NCBI GenBank assembly: GCA_045159875.1
Contig: CP067995.1
Location: forward strand, 2,048,001-2,112,000
Direction: 5' to 3'
Origin: a cyanobacterium endosymbiont of Rhopalodia gibba
GTDB lineage: Bacteria > Cyanobacteriota > Cyanobacteriia > Cyanobacteriales > Microcystaceae
DNA: 64,000 nt
In this document: positions 36,253 to 46,830 of the stretch, piece after piece
Position numbering within the stretch: position 1 is the first letter of the stretch
Layout: every line of letters begins with the position of its first letter
Notes under the pieces: model-generated
What the model was told of the DNA's origin: nothing
The model's database searches: none
What the model saw: the letters and a program-made list of their open reading frames with translations, nothing else
Made by a program: the position numbers and the translations under genes

Positions 36253-37224
36253 ATGATAACAAGCACCTCTCTCTTTGCTACTGTTGACGACGATCTACGC
36301 CTCTTGACTGATAATCTCAAACGGTTGGTCGGAGCCAGCCATCCAATCTTAGGGGCAGCGGCTGAACATTTGTTTGATGCTGGGGGAAAACGCATTCGTC
36401 CGGCCATTGTTCTCTTAGTTTCACGGGCGACCCTGTTAGATAGAGATCTAACCCCCCGTCATCGTCGGCTGGCAGAAATTACTGAGATGATTCATACTGC
36501 AAGTCTAGTACACGACGATGTGATTGACGAAGCAGAGTTACGTCGTAATGTCCCCACCGTTAACAACTTATTTGATAATCGTATTGCTGTCTTAGCTGGG
36601 GATTTTTTGTTTGCTCAGTCTTCTTGGTATTTGGCTAATTTAAATAACTTAGATGTGGTTAAACTTTTATCTAAAGTTATTCGTGATTTTGCTGAAGGGG
36701 AAATTCTTCAGGGGATTAATCGTTTTGACACAAGTCTGACTCTAGAAGCTTATTTAGAAAAAAGTTACTATAAAACAGCTTCATTAATAGCCAATAGTGC
36801 CAAAGCAGCCGCGGTGTTAAGCGAGACTTCACTTGAAGTTAGGGAACATCTTTATGCTTACGGACGAGAGTTAGGATTAGCTTTTCAAATTGTCGATGAT
36901 ATCTTAGATTTTACAACCCCAACAGAGGTTTTAGGAAAACCTGCTGGTTCTGATTTAATTAGTGGACATCTTACTGCTCCTGCTTTATTTGCTATGGAGG
37001 AAAACCCATATTTAGAAACTTTAATTGAACGAGAATTCAATAAAGCAGGAGATATCGAAAAAGCCTTGTCCATTGTTAATCAAAGTCAAGGAGTTGAACG
37101 GTCACGGGAGTTAGCCTCCCATCATGGAAACCTAGCCCTCCAGCATCTTAAATGTCTCAAACCTTCTCCCTCTTCCAAAATTTTAAAAGACTTGGTAGAT
37201 TATGTCTTAAGTAGACTTTACTGA
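36253..37224 (+). CDS. sds: Solanesyl diphosphate synthase
   Basis: GGKRIRP, VHDDVID, YYKTA, FQIVDDILD. Confidence 0.95.
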   Translation: MITSTSLFATVDDDLRLLTDNLKRLVGASHPILGAAAEHLFDAGGKRIRPAIVLLVSRATLLDRDLTPRHRRLAEITEMIHTASLVHDDVIDEAELRRNVPTVNNLFDNRIAVLAGDFLFAQSSWYLANLNNLDVVKLLSKVIRDFAEGEILQGINRFDTSLTLEAYLEKSYYKTASLIANSAKAAAVLSETSLEVREHLYAYGRELGLAFQIVDDILDFTTPTEVLGKPAGSDLISGHLTAPALFAMEENPYLETLIEREFNKAGDIEKALSIVNQSQGVERSRELASHHGNLALQHLKCLKPSPSSKILKDLVDYVLSRLY

Positions 37225-37725
37225 GCACTTTTATCGCTTAAAAGTAGGAATTTTTCCTTCATTTTTTAATCCTTCTCTAGGTTAGATATCTTCCAAGCTC
37301 AGACCAACAAAATATTATTAAAAATAATGATAACTTAAATAAAATTAAGAAACAGGTTCATAGTCATTCTTTACTATTACTCAGGCATCACCTTTGTGCC
37401 TTGAGCGTTTTGTGTTACGTTTAAACCCTGAGTATGCAAAAATTGAGTTTCAGTAGATTCGACAGTTAAGTGATAATAAACTTATCAGTTAAGGGTTTAA
37501 GACTTGAATCAAAGTCTGTGACAATATATTCTGCTGTCACGCTAAAGACATAAGCTTAGTTAGATAGTCCCCTTGTTCTTTTAACATTTATTTAGCACTA
37601 TCTACTTAGTTCTATTAATTTATAAAGGAAGTGATTTAGGGATCAGCTAGAAACCTAAACATTACTGGCATAACCTGTTCCCAATGTTGACCACTCCCCT
37701 TCGGATTTCTTCTAAGAAAGACTAG

Positions 37726-38493
37726 TTAACTAGTTGGAGAACCGTCGCCATCTGTTGAAGTAGACTCTTCGGGAGTCAGGGAGGATTCTTCTGTCGAGGC
37801 TGCCACTTTGACCATAGCATGGCGTAATACTTGTTCTCCTAGAAGATATCCTCTCACTAACTGTTCGATTACTGTTCCTTCAGGATAGTCGTTAGTACAT
37901 TCTCTTAACATAGCTTCATGGTATAGGGGATTAAAGGGTTCTCCTTCAGGACGCATGGAGGCTACTCCTAAGCGTTTAAGACTCTCGACAAGATTTTTAT
38001 AAACTCCTTGATAGCTTTTATGAATTCCTAGCTCTCCATCGTTAGTAGGTTGAATTTGGCTTCTTGCCCGTTCGAAGTTATCGACCACTGACAGTAATTC
38101 ACTAATTGTTCGACATTTAACTTGAATTTCCAGTTCTTTTTTCTCTTTTTCAGTTCGTTTACGGAAATTATCAAATTCTGCTGCTAAAGTGATGTAACGT
38201 TTCTTCAAAATCTCGGACTGCTGATCTTCTTTGGTTAGTTTTCCTTGTAAGACTTCTACTTCTTCGGTTAGAGTAGCTATAACCTGTTCAGGGGTGGTTT
38301 TCTCTTCGTCCAATTTAGGTTCAGATGCTATCGGCTCTGCTACAACTGATTCTAAATCGGGAGTCTCAGACGTTATTGTTGATTCTAGCTGGTCAGTTAC
38401 TTTGGTTTTGGGCTCTACAGAAGAATCATCAACATTTTTTGATACTTCGGAGGTTTTTAAGGTCTTTTCTAGCTGCTGTTGCTCGTTGTTCAT
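37726..38493 (-). CDS. grpE: Nucleotide exchange factor GrpE
   Basis: [42 protein letters not shown]. Confidence 0.97.
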   Translation of the reverse strand: MNNEQQQLEKTLKTSEVSKNVDDSSVEPKTKVTDQLESTITSETPDLESVVAEPIASEPKLDEEKTTPEQVIATLTEEVEVLQGKLTKEDQQSEILKKRYITLAAEFDNFRKRTEKEKKELEIQVKCRTISELLSVVDNFERARSQIQPTNDGELGIHKSYQGVYKNLVESLKRLGVASMRPEGEPFNPLYHEAMLRECTNDYPEGTVIEQLVRGYLLGEQVLRHAMVKVAASTEESSLTPEESTSTDGDGSPTS

Positions 38494-38683
38494 AGTAGGT
38501 TTTTTAAACTCCTATAGAGAAGATTGGACTTAATGGTCTCTTGTCTTGACTTTAGAGATTATGTTTTTTTGAGATGTATCCTTACCAGTATAAAGGACTC
38601 ATCATGACATTTTAAGGAGAAACATATTCAAGTATAAACTCAAAATAGAAACTGTTTTGCGCCCATAAGTGTTTATCAATAAA

Positions 38684-39079
38684 ATGACTCATTATCAAGT
38701 AATTAAGACAACGAAAGCTCCTACTCCTGTTGGACCTTATAATCAAGCGATCGCTGCTAGGGGTAAATTTTTGTTTGTGTCAGGACAAATTCCCCTGAGT
38801 CCTGACACAGGAGACATTATAGGAAGGGGAGATATTGTTCAACAGACTCAACAAGTAATGGCTAATATTGAGGCAATTTTAACTTCAGCTCAAATGAATT
38901 GGAATAATGTAGTTAAAACAACAGTTTTTATGAGTGATTTAACGAATTTTTATTCTATGAATCAAGTCTATGCACAATATTTTGATGAGTCCACGGCTCC
39001 AGCTCGTGTTTGTGTAGAAGTTTCTCGCTTACCAAAAGATGTGTTGATAGAAATTGAATGTATTGCGGTTATTGACTAA
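38684..39079 (+). CDS. ridA: RidA/YjgF family imine deaminase
   Basis: [38 protein letters not shown]. Confidence 0.94.
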   Translation: MTHYQVIKTTKAPTPVGPYNQAIAARGKFLFVSGQIPLSPDTGDIIGRGDIVQQTQQVMANIEAILTSAQMNWNNVVKTTVFMSDLTNFYSMNQVYAQYFDESTAPARVCVEVSRLPKDVLIEIECIAVID

Positions 39080-39112
39080 AATTACTTAAAATCAATTATT
39101 GTGTAGAAACTT

Positions 39113-39162
39113 TAACTGTAACAAAGTTGTAACTTCTTTCTTTTACAACTTTGTTACAGTTA
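39113..39162. repeat. Perfect inverted repeat, 20-bp arms, 10-nt loop, 33 nt after the ridA stop
   Basis: taactgtaacaaagttgtaa-cttctttctt-ttacaactttgttacagtta. Confidence 0.96.
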
Positions 39163-39325
39163 GTCTACAATAACTATTTTTAATTTCCAATCAATCAAAT
39201 TGTCCAAATAAAGTTTTTAGATAAACATGAGTACAAGTGCGATAATTTATAATTAATTGAGAGATATCATCATTTTAATTTTGTAAAAAAAACAAGGATA
39301 AAGCGGAAGTAAAAACTAAATCAAG

Positions 39326-39381
39326 ATCCCAGTTAGGATGAGTCTCTAAATAATTATTTAGAGACTCATCCTAACTGGGAT
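39326..39381. repeat. Perfect 56-bp palindrome, no loop
   Basis: atcccagttaggatgagtctctaaataa|ttatttagagactcatcctaactgggat. Confidence 0.98.
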
Positions 39382-39803
39382 TATTTTCAGAACTCAGTTA
39401 CTTGTAGGATGAGAGATTTGTGTGAGTACCATTCTGATCAAGAAAAGTATGGCTTGTTAATGCTAAAAAATTTTACAAAAATAGTTAATATTAATCTATT
39501 TATATGCATTAATCGACTTTAAAGCTTTTTTTCTTACAATAATTAAATCTAAGTATCTCGAGCTTAGTTAACAAACTGACCAACAATATGTTTAAGGATT
39601 GATGTTCTCGTAATAAGTTGTAGAAAACCCTGGTTAAATTGTAGAAAACTTCAAAAACTCCTATGGAAAGTCTAGGAAATGGTTGAGGGAAAATTGACTC
39701 ATAAAAATGCAAATTACAGATTTTTTAAGGAGTCTAGAGAGTCGTTCTGTGTCAGTTGCGTGTAAGATAATACTTTGAAATAAAACTTCTATCAGCAATA
39801 ATT

Positions 39804-40025
39804 ATGCCAACTCAAATCAAGAAAGGCTCACTTGTTCGTACTGTACGTGAAAAGCTTGAAAATAGTTTGGAAGCTCAGTCCAGCGATTCACAGCACTTTC
39901 CTTCCTATATTTTTGAAAGTAAGGGTGAAATTCTTGAATTAAATGATGAATATGCCCTTGTTAAATTTCATATTCCGACTCCGAATGTTTGGTTGCGCCT
40001 CGATCAGCTAGAAATAGTCGATTAA
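39804..40025 (+). CDS. ndhO: NAD(P)H-quinone oxidoreductase subunit O
   Basis: IKKGSLVR..REKLENSLEA, PSYIFESKGEI, PTPNVWLRLDQL. Confidence 0.93.
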   Translation: MPTQIKKGSLVRTVREKLENSLEAQSSDSQHFPSYIFESKGEILELNDEYALVKFHIPTPNVWLRLDQLEIVD

Positions 40026-40038
40026 GTCCCATTTTGCA

Positions 40039-40080
40039 AAATATGAGAGGGATTTTTCCTCGGTAAATCCTCTCGTATTT
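40039..40080 (+). terminator. Imperfect stem-loop after ndhO
   Basis: aatatgagagggattt...aaatcctctcgtatt. Confidence 0.5.
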
Positions 40081-41737
40081 CCGTTGTTAGTCTAAGAAAT
40101 TTCGGTAAGATTTTAGCCTCACCTATTGTCAAAAAAATCTCTTCAAGGTTATCTCAATTGATAGTGTTGAAGATTAACCCCAACAAATTATCCTTGATTT
40201 AGCGGCTATTTAAAGTCTTAAGCAATATAATAGTCGAGTTGGAGAGTTCAATAACTGTAAAATTGTAGTTATCATGGGAAGCTGTGTTTGTTTTACAGGA
40301 TCGAGCAAAGGACGTTTAGAACAAATTAAGATTAAAACTGTTACTTTAGATGTGATGATCTATTTTTTCCAGAAAGTAATGGGATCTTTTTCTTATCAAA
40401 TAATTAATATAGCTGAATGCTAGATTTCTTAGAACTATGGATTGTTGTTGCAATGAAATTAGATATCTGTGACGTCCATAGTATGGATTTGTTGTTAAGA
40501 GAAAAAATGAAGATTTAATGTTGCCTCTATTGCGCTACTATAGTACTAATATAAATTAATTAAACATACCTTATTATCTTCGTACTTTCTCTTTCTATTT
40601 AATCATTGTAAAAAATCCTAAAATATCAATCAAGACCACTTTTAGCTACTGCTTATTTATTAAGGAAATATTACTGAAGAGAGTTCTATTTTAGGATCTC
40701 CTGTTCATTAGAATTTCGTAGAGATTAATAAGTTTTAGAAGTAACTTTGACGGATCAAAAAAAAGAAATTCTGCATGTTTTAGCTAATTCTGTCCATAAA
40801 AATATTAAGTTAGCTTTAGAATCTTTGGGGATAGTATAAATCAGGAAATAAGTAATATATGAAAAGAGACTACATATCTTGAAATTAAAATTTGATAAAC
40901 TATGGTAATGTCGAAATAGCCATCGTATCGAAAATGATGTATAAATATAATTATGTATTTCGATATAACGAATGAGTTCTGGTAGTTTTTTTTCCTTTTA
41001 CTGAGATAACTTGATTAAGAAGTTAAAAAGAATAAATAACAAAAAGAAACGAATAACTATTAAAAAATAATTAGACAACTGACTATCTTGATCGCTTCAA
41101 GAAAAAAATGATTAAAAGAGACTTGAGCAGTAATAAACAAGGAATACACTGATAGATTATCCTATTGAACTACACGATAGATATCTAGTTATTAAGGTTT
41201 ATTTTAATTTAATGATTTATGTTAAATTTTAACTTAATTAAAATAACTATCATCACTCCGATAATATATATATGTATTTATTTTATAGATATAAACAATA
41301 AAGATTTTTTCTTTTAGAAAAATCAGTAATCGCAAATAAATTTTGCCATATTCTAGGCTCTTTTTCAATTTAACACTGACGGAAAAGGCTATTATAAGAA
41401 GTCCTAAAGTATCTAGGATAATGTTCAGAATTTAAGTTTATTTATCTCATTGTGTTTATTGAACTGTTAACAGTTTTTCTTCCCTGGTGAGATGTTTTTC
41501 TAAAAGAAATGATTTTATGTAGGTAATATTGAATCTCTTTGCATCTTTAGTTGTCTTTAAATAGTGATAAATTGTAAGGATTTGTAACCTTGTTCGGATA
41601 ACTCAATCCTTGATTCTATACTAGTAGATGACTCTTGGGATATGAGTCTCATTCAGGATGATCGTTATTTTTGTATAAAAAAATTAAAAAAGTCTGTATA
41701 TTAACTGCTTAGAACCTAACGACAGGTCATTAGTTAT

Positions 41738-41761
41738 AATCAATCAATCAATCAATCAATC
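41738..41761. repeat. (AATC)6 microsatellite
   Basis: aatcaatcaatcaatcaatcaatc. Confidence 0.9.
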
Positions 41762-41874
41762 TGATAAACTAATTACAGTTTCTAGAATTAACTAATGTGC
41801 AATAAATATTTATAAACCAATTTAAGTTAAAGATAGCTAATGAGAGATATCATTTTATATTACCTCTTATTTTT

Positions 41875-42249
41875 TCAGAAAGATAAACAACTTTTATCTT
41901 CTCTATGAGAAGTAGGAGGAAATCTTGTAATGGTTCCATCAACTAACTTTTTGATAGCTGTCTTAGGATCAGTTTCGCTAGTAATATAAACGGTAATTCC
42001 TCGACGACTTAAACGTTCCGTTAACCCTTCTCCTGCTTCTCTGGTAATTAGCACCATTTCATCAATTCGATGGGGAGTAATATCATCGCTATGAAGATCA
42101 TGAAAAGTTGGTTCCGTGTCAGGAACTTCTAACTTTTCCAGTAAAGTTATTTTACCTTCTGTATTGGTTTCATACACTAAAAATCTACGAGCACGTCCAG
42201 TTTTGCCTGTAATAGTTTGAAAATTTTGACTAACAACAGCAACTTTCAT
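41875..42249 (-). CDS. NifB/NifX-family (dinitrogenase FeMo-cofactor binding domain) protein
   Basis: MKVAVVSQNFQTITGKTGRARRFLVYE...LIT..AGEG..RL..RGI.VYITSETDP..AI. Confidence 0.8.
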   Translation of the reverse strand: MKVAVVSQNFQTITGKTGRARRFLVYETNTEGKITLLEKLEVPDTEPTFHDLHSDDITPHRIDEMVLITREAGEGLTERLSRRGITVYITSETDPKTAIKKLVDGTITRFPPTSHREDKSCLSF

Positions 42250-44122
42250 TAGGCTTTTTTTCTCCAGAGTCTATAGTGTTCGAATTCTAACACAAACTTA
42301 TGCTTGAGATTCAATAAAAAGGGTAGAATGTCTAGGAGTTTATCACAAAATTTATCCGTAAAATCAGTTCTATGAAGATAGACAATAAGAATCAATCTAC
42401 CTCATTTATTGTGCCAATCTAACATTCAGTTGAGAAACTAAGGTCTTATTCTTAAACTGTAAAGTCTGTCTTGCCGGACTAAATTAATGAGTTACATATA
42501 GAAATTTTGTTTGCATAGCTTAAATATTTAAAATAGTAAGTCAATTATCCATCCTACTATGATTAGTATCACTTGTATTAAGTGGTTTGTCTATAGGTAT
42601 ACTCGTTGCGATAAATCAAGTATTCTACTATGTAGAGTAGGTTAGATCCTTTTTTAAAATGATTGAATTATGTTTAAAATTTCTGATTAGGAGACTTGAT
42701 TTGTAAAAAATTATTGTCATATGCCGACAGACACTAAAAATTTTCAGACTGAACCTCCTAATTAGTTACAAAAGTATAATTATACTATTTTATAAGTTGC
42801 TGCATTATTATTAGTAAATGCTTTATTGACTATTGCTCTTTATGAGTCTTCGACTACTGAGATTAGCTTAGCAACTCAGCTGAGTTCGCGGTCATAAGTA
42901 TATTATTCAGATATTGTTATTAATTATTAAATTTTTATTTAGTCGTGATATTTGTTACTGCTTCAGCTGTAAAAGTTGACTTAAATCTATACTAAATATT
43001 GAGTATTTTAATACTATTTTTTTGTGTATTATCTTTGTTGATGACAGCAAGAGCTAACAACTTTTATCTAAAAAAGAAGCTAATATCAAAGAGTTTGAGT
43101 TGGGCTGAATAGCTGATAGGATTATCAAGAGGTAGATAGCCATTTGATTTTGCTAATTAAATACTGTATGATGTTTTTAATACTCTGTAGTTGCCATAAA
43201 TTACCACTATTCTTATTGTTTAAACTCAACATTGAATTAACCTGACATAATATACAAATTTAGTAAAGTGACGATGATAACAGCTTTCTCAAAATTATAT
43301 TTCTATTAAACTGATGCACTATCGATACGGAAGATAATATCTTCAGATTTAGTGCGCGTCTCTAATCCTTTAAGCTTAAATTTATCTAGGGTACGTTGGA
43401 TGTATGAAGGACAAAATTTTTGGATAGACAATAATTTTAGCTGATATCTTCTAACAATGACGACGAAAAAAAATCTAAGATAGTTTCTACCTGAATTTGG
43501 ATTTTATACCAGAAATAGACTTCCCGTTATTGGGGGAGGAGATAATAATTCCAAAGATATTTATCATGAGAATAAATTACTTCAATTATCATTGTTAGAG
43601 ATTTTCCCCAAATGTTGAAGACAAGAGTCCAAACTTAATAATAAGGTTTGACGGTTTTTCTGAGAATTGGAACAATAAGAAGATGATAGACTTTAAAATA
43701 GCACTGCGAGCGCAGTATAAACACTACAGCTAACTCTAATAAGAGAATAATAGTTCCACTGAAAATAGATGACTATTAGGACATCATATTAGTGCGTGTA
43801 CAAAATAATAGACTGCGATTCTCGCTATTAAGCAATGACTAAATATTGAAATTTTTAGTATTTTTATAACCATTTAATTGAAAAAAATAAGTTTTTATTG
43901 TACTGAGACGTCAATGAAAATAGATAAGATTCTAGTATGTTAAGATTGTCCATAACTGCTAAGATGGCAAGCATTTTATGTTATATTTTTAGTATCAATA
44001 TTATATCTTTATGATAAGTTTATAAATTGAATTATTAAATAAGTATAATATTAAAAATATTTAAATAAAGAGTGATTACTAGATACCAGTCTATCTAAAA
44101 ATTAAGTTAATATAATTAAGAC

Positions 44123-44165
44123 AGTAATTTTTTAGTTATAGTAAAACTATAACTAAAAAATTACT
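44123..44165. repeat. Perfect inverted repeat, 20-bp arms, 3-nt loop
   Basis: agtaattttttagttatagt-aaa-actataactaaaaaattact. Confidence 0.94.
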
Positions 44166-44990
44166 AAAAATAAAATATTCACTAGAAATAAAATAAGCAA
44201 ATACAATTTAGAAAAATATTTTTTATATAAATAATTTAACGAACGATTCTAGTATTTTCTAGAAAAGAGAAAAAAAATTAGCAGACAGAAGAGATTTAAT
44301 ATCTTGAATAAATATAATTAATAGTTATTAACTTTTTTTAGTAAACATTAAATATTAATTATTAAAAAATAAAAAAAAGAGCAGCAAAGTATCCTACAAT
44401 CTACTTTTCTATTGAATAGAGAATAAACTCGCGAGAAAAAATACTAAAAAAATAAGGTATTAGTCTAATAAAACCTAGTTAATCGGACTTCATTCACAAA
44501 CCAAGAAATAGAAAAAAATATTCTAAGTAAAAAAGCAAAAAAATAACTAAATATAATAATAGACAAAAATCAAACAGATATTTTAATTGAAGTTCACAAA
44601 AAAATGAGAATAAATTCAAATAAAGCTAAAATAAAGTAATGAAAATTTTAAAAATCGAAAAATTTTAAAAATCTATTTTCTCTGTAAAATACAAGTCTAT
44701 GACTAGATAGAATGTAAAAAAAATATTTTAGAATGAAAGTATATAAAAACATTAAACAAGATTTTGTTCCTTAACAAAAGCCTTAAATACGAAATGAGTC
44801 AATAAAAATATTGTTTAAATTATTTAAATACATATGTATAAAACAACTTATTTTTTAAAGTTAATTTAAATTATTAATCAATAGACGGTTAATGATTAAT
44901 AATTGATGATAGGTTAATTAATTTTCTATCCTCTATCTTGAAAAATAACAAAAGAAGAATCTTTTCGATAACAATCAAAAATAAGTAGAT

Positions 44991-46265
44991 ATGATAAAAA
45001 TTATTCATCTATCTGACATTCATCTTGGTAGTGGCTTTACCCATGGTCACCTTGATCCTAAAACAGGTTTAAATACCCGCTTTGAAGATTTTATCAACAC
45101 ATTAAGTTTATGTATTGAGCGAGCAGTGAGAGAAAAGGTTGATCTTGTTTTATTTGGAGGAGATGCTTTTCCTGATGCTACCCCTCCTCCTTATGTTCAA
45201 GAAGCCTTTGCTTCTCAATTCTATCGTCTGGTTGATGCTAAGATTCCTACGGTATTATTAGTTGGAAATCATGACCAACATTCTCAAGGTGATGGAGGTG
45301 CAAGTCTTTGTATTTATCGAACATTAGGGGTTCCTGGCTTTATTGTGGGGGATAGTCTTAAAACAAATAAAATTTTGACTAAAAATGGAGAGATTCAGGT
45401 GATTACTCTACCTTGGTTAACCCACTCTATTCTCTTGACTCGTCGCAAAACTGATAGCTTATCTTTTGAAGAAGTTCAGCATTTACTAATTGAGAGTCTG
45501 ACTTTAGCTTTGGAAGGAGAAATTCGTCAACTCGATCCCCAACTTCCAACTATTTTGTTAGGTCATCTTATGGCAGAGCGTGCTGACCTGGGCTCAGAAA
45601 GACTTCTTGCTGTTGGCAAGGGATTTACCATTCCTATGTCTTTGCTAATTCGGGACGAATTTGACTATGTTGCCCTTGGTCATGTTCATAAACACCAAAA
45701 TTTAAATCCTACTAATGATCCTCCGATAATTTACTCAGGAAGTATTGAACGGGTAGATTTTAGTGAAGAAAAAGAGGATAAAGGTTATATTTCTTTAGAA
45801 ATAACTAAAGGACAAGTTAATTGGCAATTTAATCCCCTTCCTAGCCGTATTTTTTATACTATTAATATTAATGTTTCTGAGGAATCTGACCCTCAATTTG
45901 CTATCCTTAAGGCCATTCAAAAAAAATCGATACAAAATTCAGTAGTACGCTTAATTTACAAAATTCGTTCTGAACAATTAGAATTAATCAATACAGGGGA
46001 GATTCATAAAGCATTAAAAGATTCCCATAGTTATACCATTAGACCAGAATTAATCAGTCAATTATCTCGTTCTCGTTTACCAGAATTGGGGGTGGGAAAT
46101 AATTTAAACCCTATATCTGCTTTGCAAGCTTATTTAGATAGCAAAGCAGATCTCAAAGATATCGTTAAAGATATGTTAGAAACTGCTGAACTTTTACTAA
46201 ATAATAACGATCCAAATTTAGATCTATCAGTTAAACAGGAAATTTTACCATTAAAAGATTTATAA
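44991..46265 (+). CDS. sbcD: Nuclease SbcCD subunit D
   Basis: HLSDIHLG, GGDAF, VGNHD, ALGHVH, YSGSIERVDFSE. Confidence 0.95.
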   Translation: MIKIIHLSDIHLGSGFTHGHLDPKTGLNTRFEDFINTLSLCIERAVREKVDLVLFGGDAFPDATPPPYVQEAFASQFYRLVDAKIPTVLLVGNHDQHSQGDGGASLCIYRTLGVPGFIVGDSLKTNKILTKNGEIQVITLPWLTHSILLTRRKTDSLSFEEVQHLLIESLTLALEGEIRQLDPQLPTILLGHLMAERADLGSERLLAVGKGFTIPMSLLIRDEFDYVALGHVHKHQNLNPTNDPPIIYSGSIERVDFSEEKEDKGYISLEITKGQVNWQFNPLPSRIFYTININVSEESDPQFAILKAIQKKSIQNSVVRLIYKIRSEQLELINTGEIHKALKDSHSYTIRPELISQLSRSRLPELGVGNNLNPISALQAYLDSKADLKDIVKDMLETAELLLNNNDPNLDLSVKQEILPLKDL

Positions 46266-46334
46266 ACTTTCAGTTTCGAGGGATAAGAAATAATAAGGAT
46301 TTAAGTTCAGTTGATTTTGACTGAATTGATGTCT

Positions 46335-46830
46335 GACTAGTCATAATTCCCAAGATTAATCAGGGTTGCTTCATTTATTGATGTAGTTGGTGATAGTGAA
46401 ATTGGGCTGCAGTTAGTTAAGGTGACCAACTGTAGTCTAATTTTGCTAGATTTAGTTCTTCCTAAGTTTAATGACATTTATGTAAGCCAATTGCTAGGCT
46501 CGTAGGACTTTCAGGGGCCGATTCTCATGACGACCGTTCTAGGGAATACTCGCGTCAATCAAATTAGGAAGTTGGGTGCGGAGGCTGATAATTGTGTTGT
46601 ACTTTTAATTTATCTATATTATCAGCATAAGTTCTGGCTTTTTTGTATCTGAAAAAGACTAGAATGATTATTTTAGTCTATAAAAATTCATGATCTAATT
46701 CTAGTACTTATCAGGTTACTTATAGAGATAAGTAATTATTCTTTAATTCCAAAGAGTTTACTATTACAAAATATCATCTCAAGTATCAACCGAAAAAAAG
46801 TCAAGACAATTATGATTAAGATTAGACAGA
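46335..46830 (+). pseudogene. OmpR-type response regulator, degraded
   Basis: IDVVGDSEIGLQL..LILLDLVLPKFNDI..*DFQGPILMT..GAEADNCVV receiver-domain remnant; boundaries approximate. Confidence 0.7.

Noticed and set aside
40075..40900. Possible nucleotide-sugar dehydrogenase pseudogene (ISVVSLRNFGKILA, Rossmann-like start)
   Set aside because: Similarity too weak to call by eye; needs BLASTx.
42700..43860. Probable gene remnants here and at 6780-7900, 22500-23200, 25400-26400, 47000-49500 and 54700-55400
   Set aside because: Protein-like fragments are visible but I could not assign a family.
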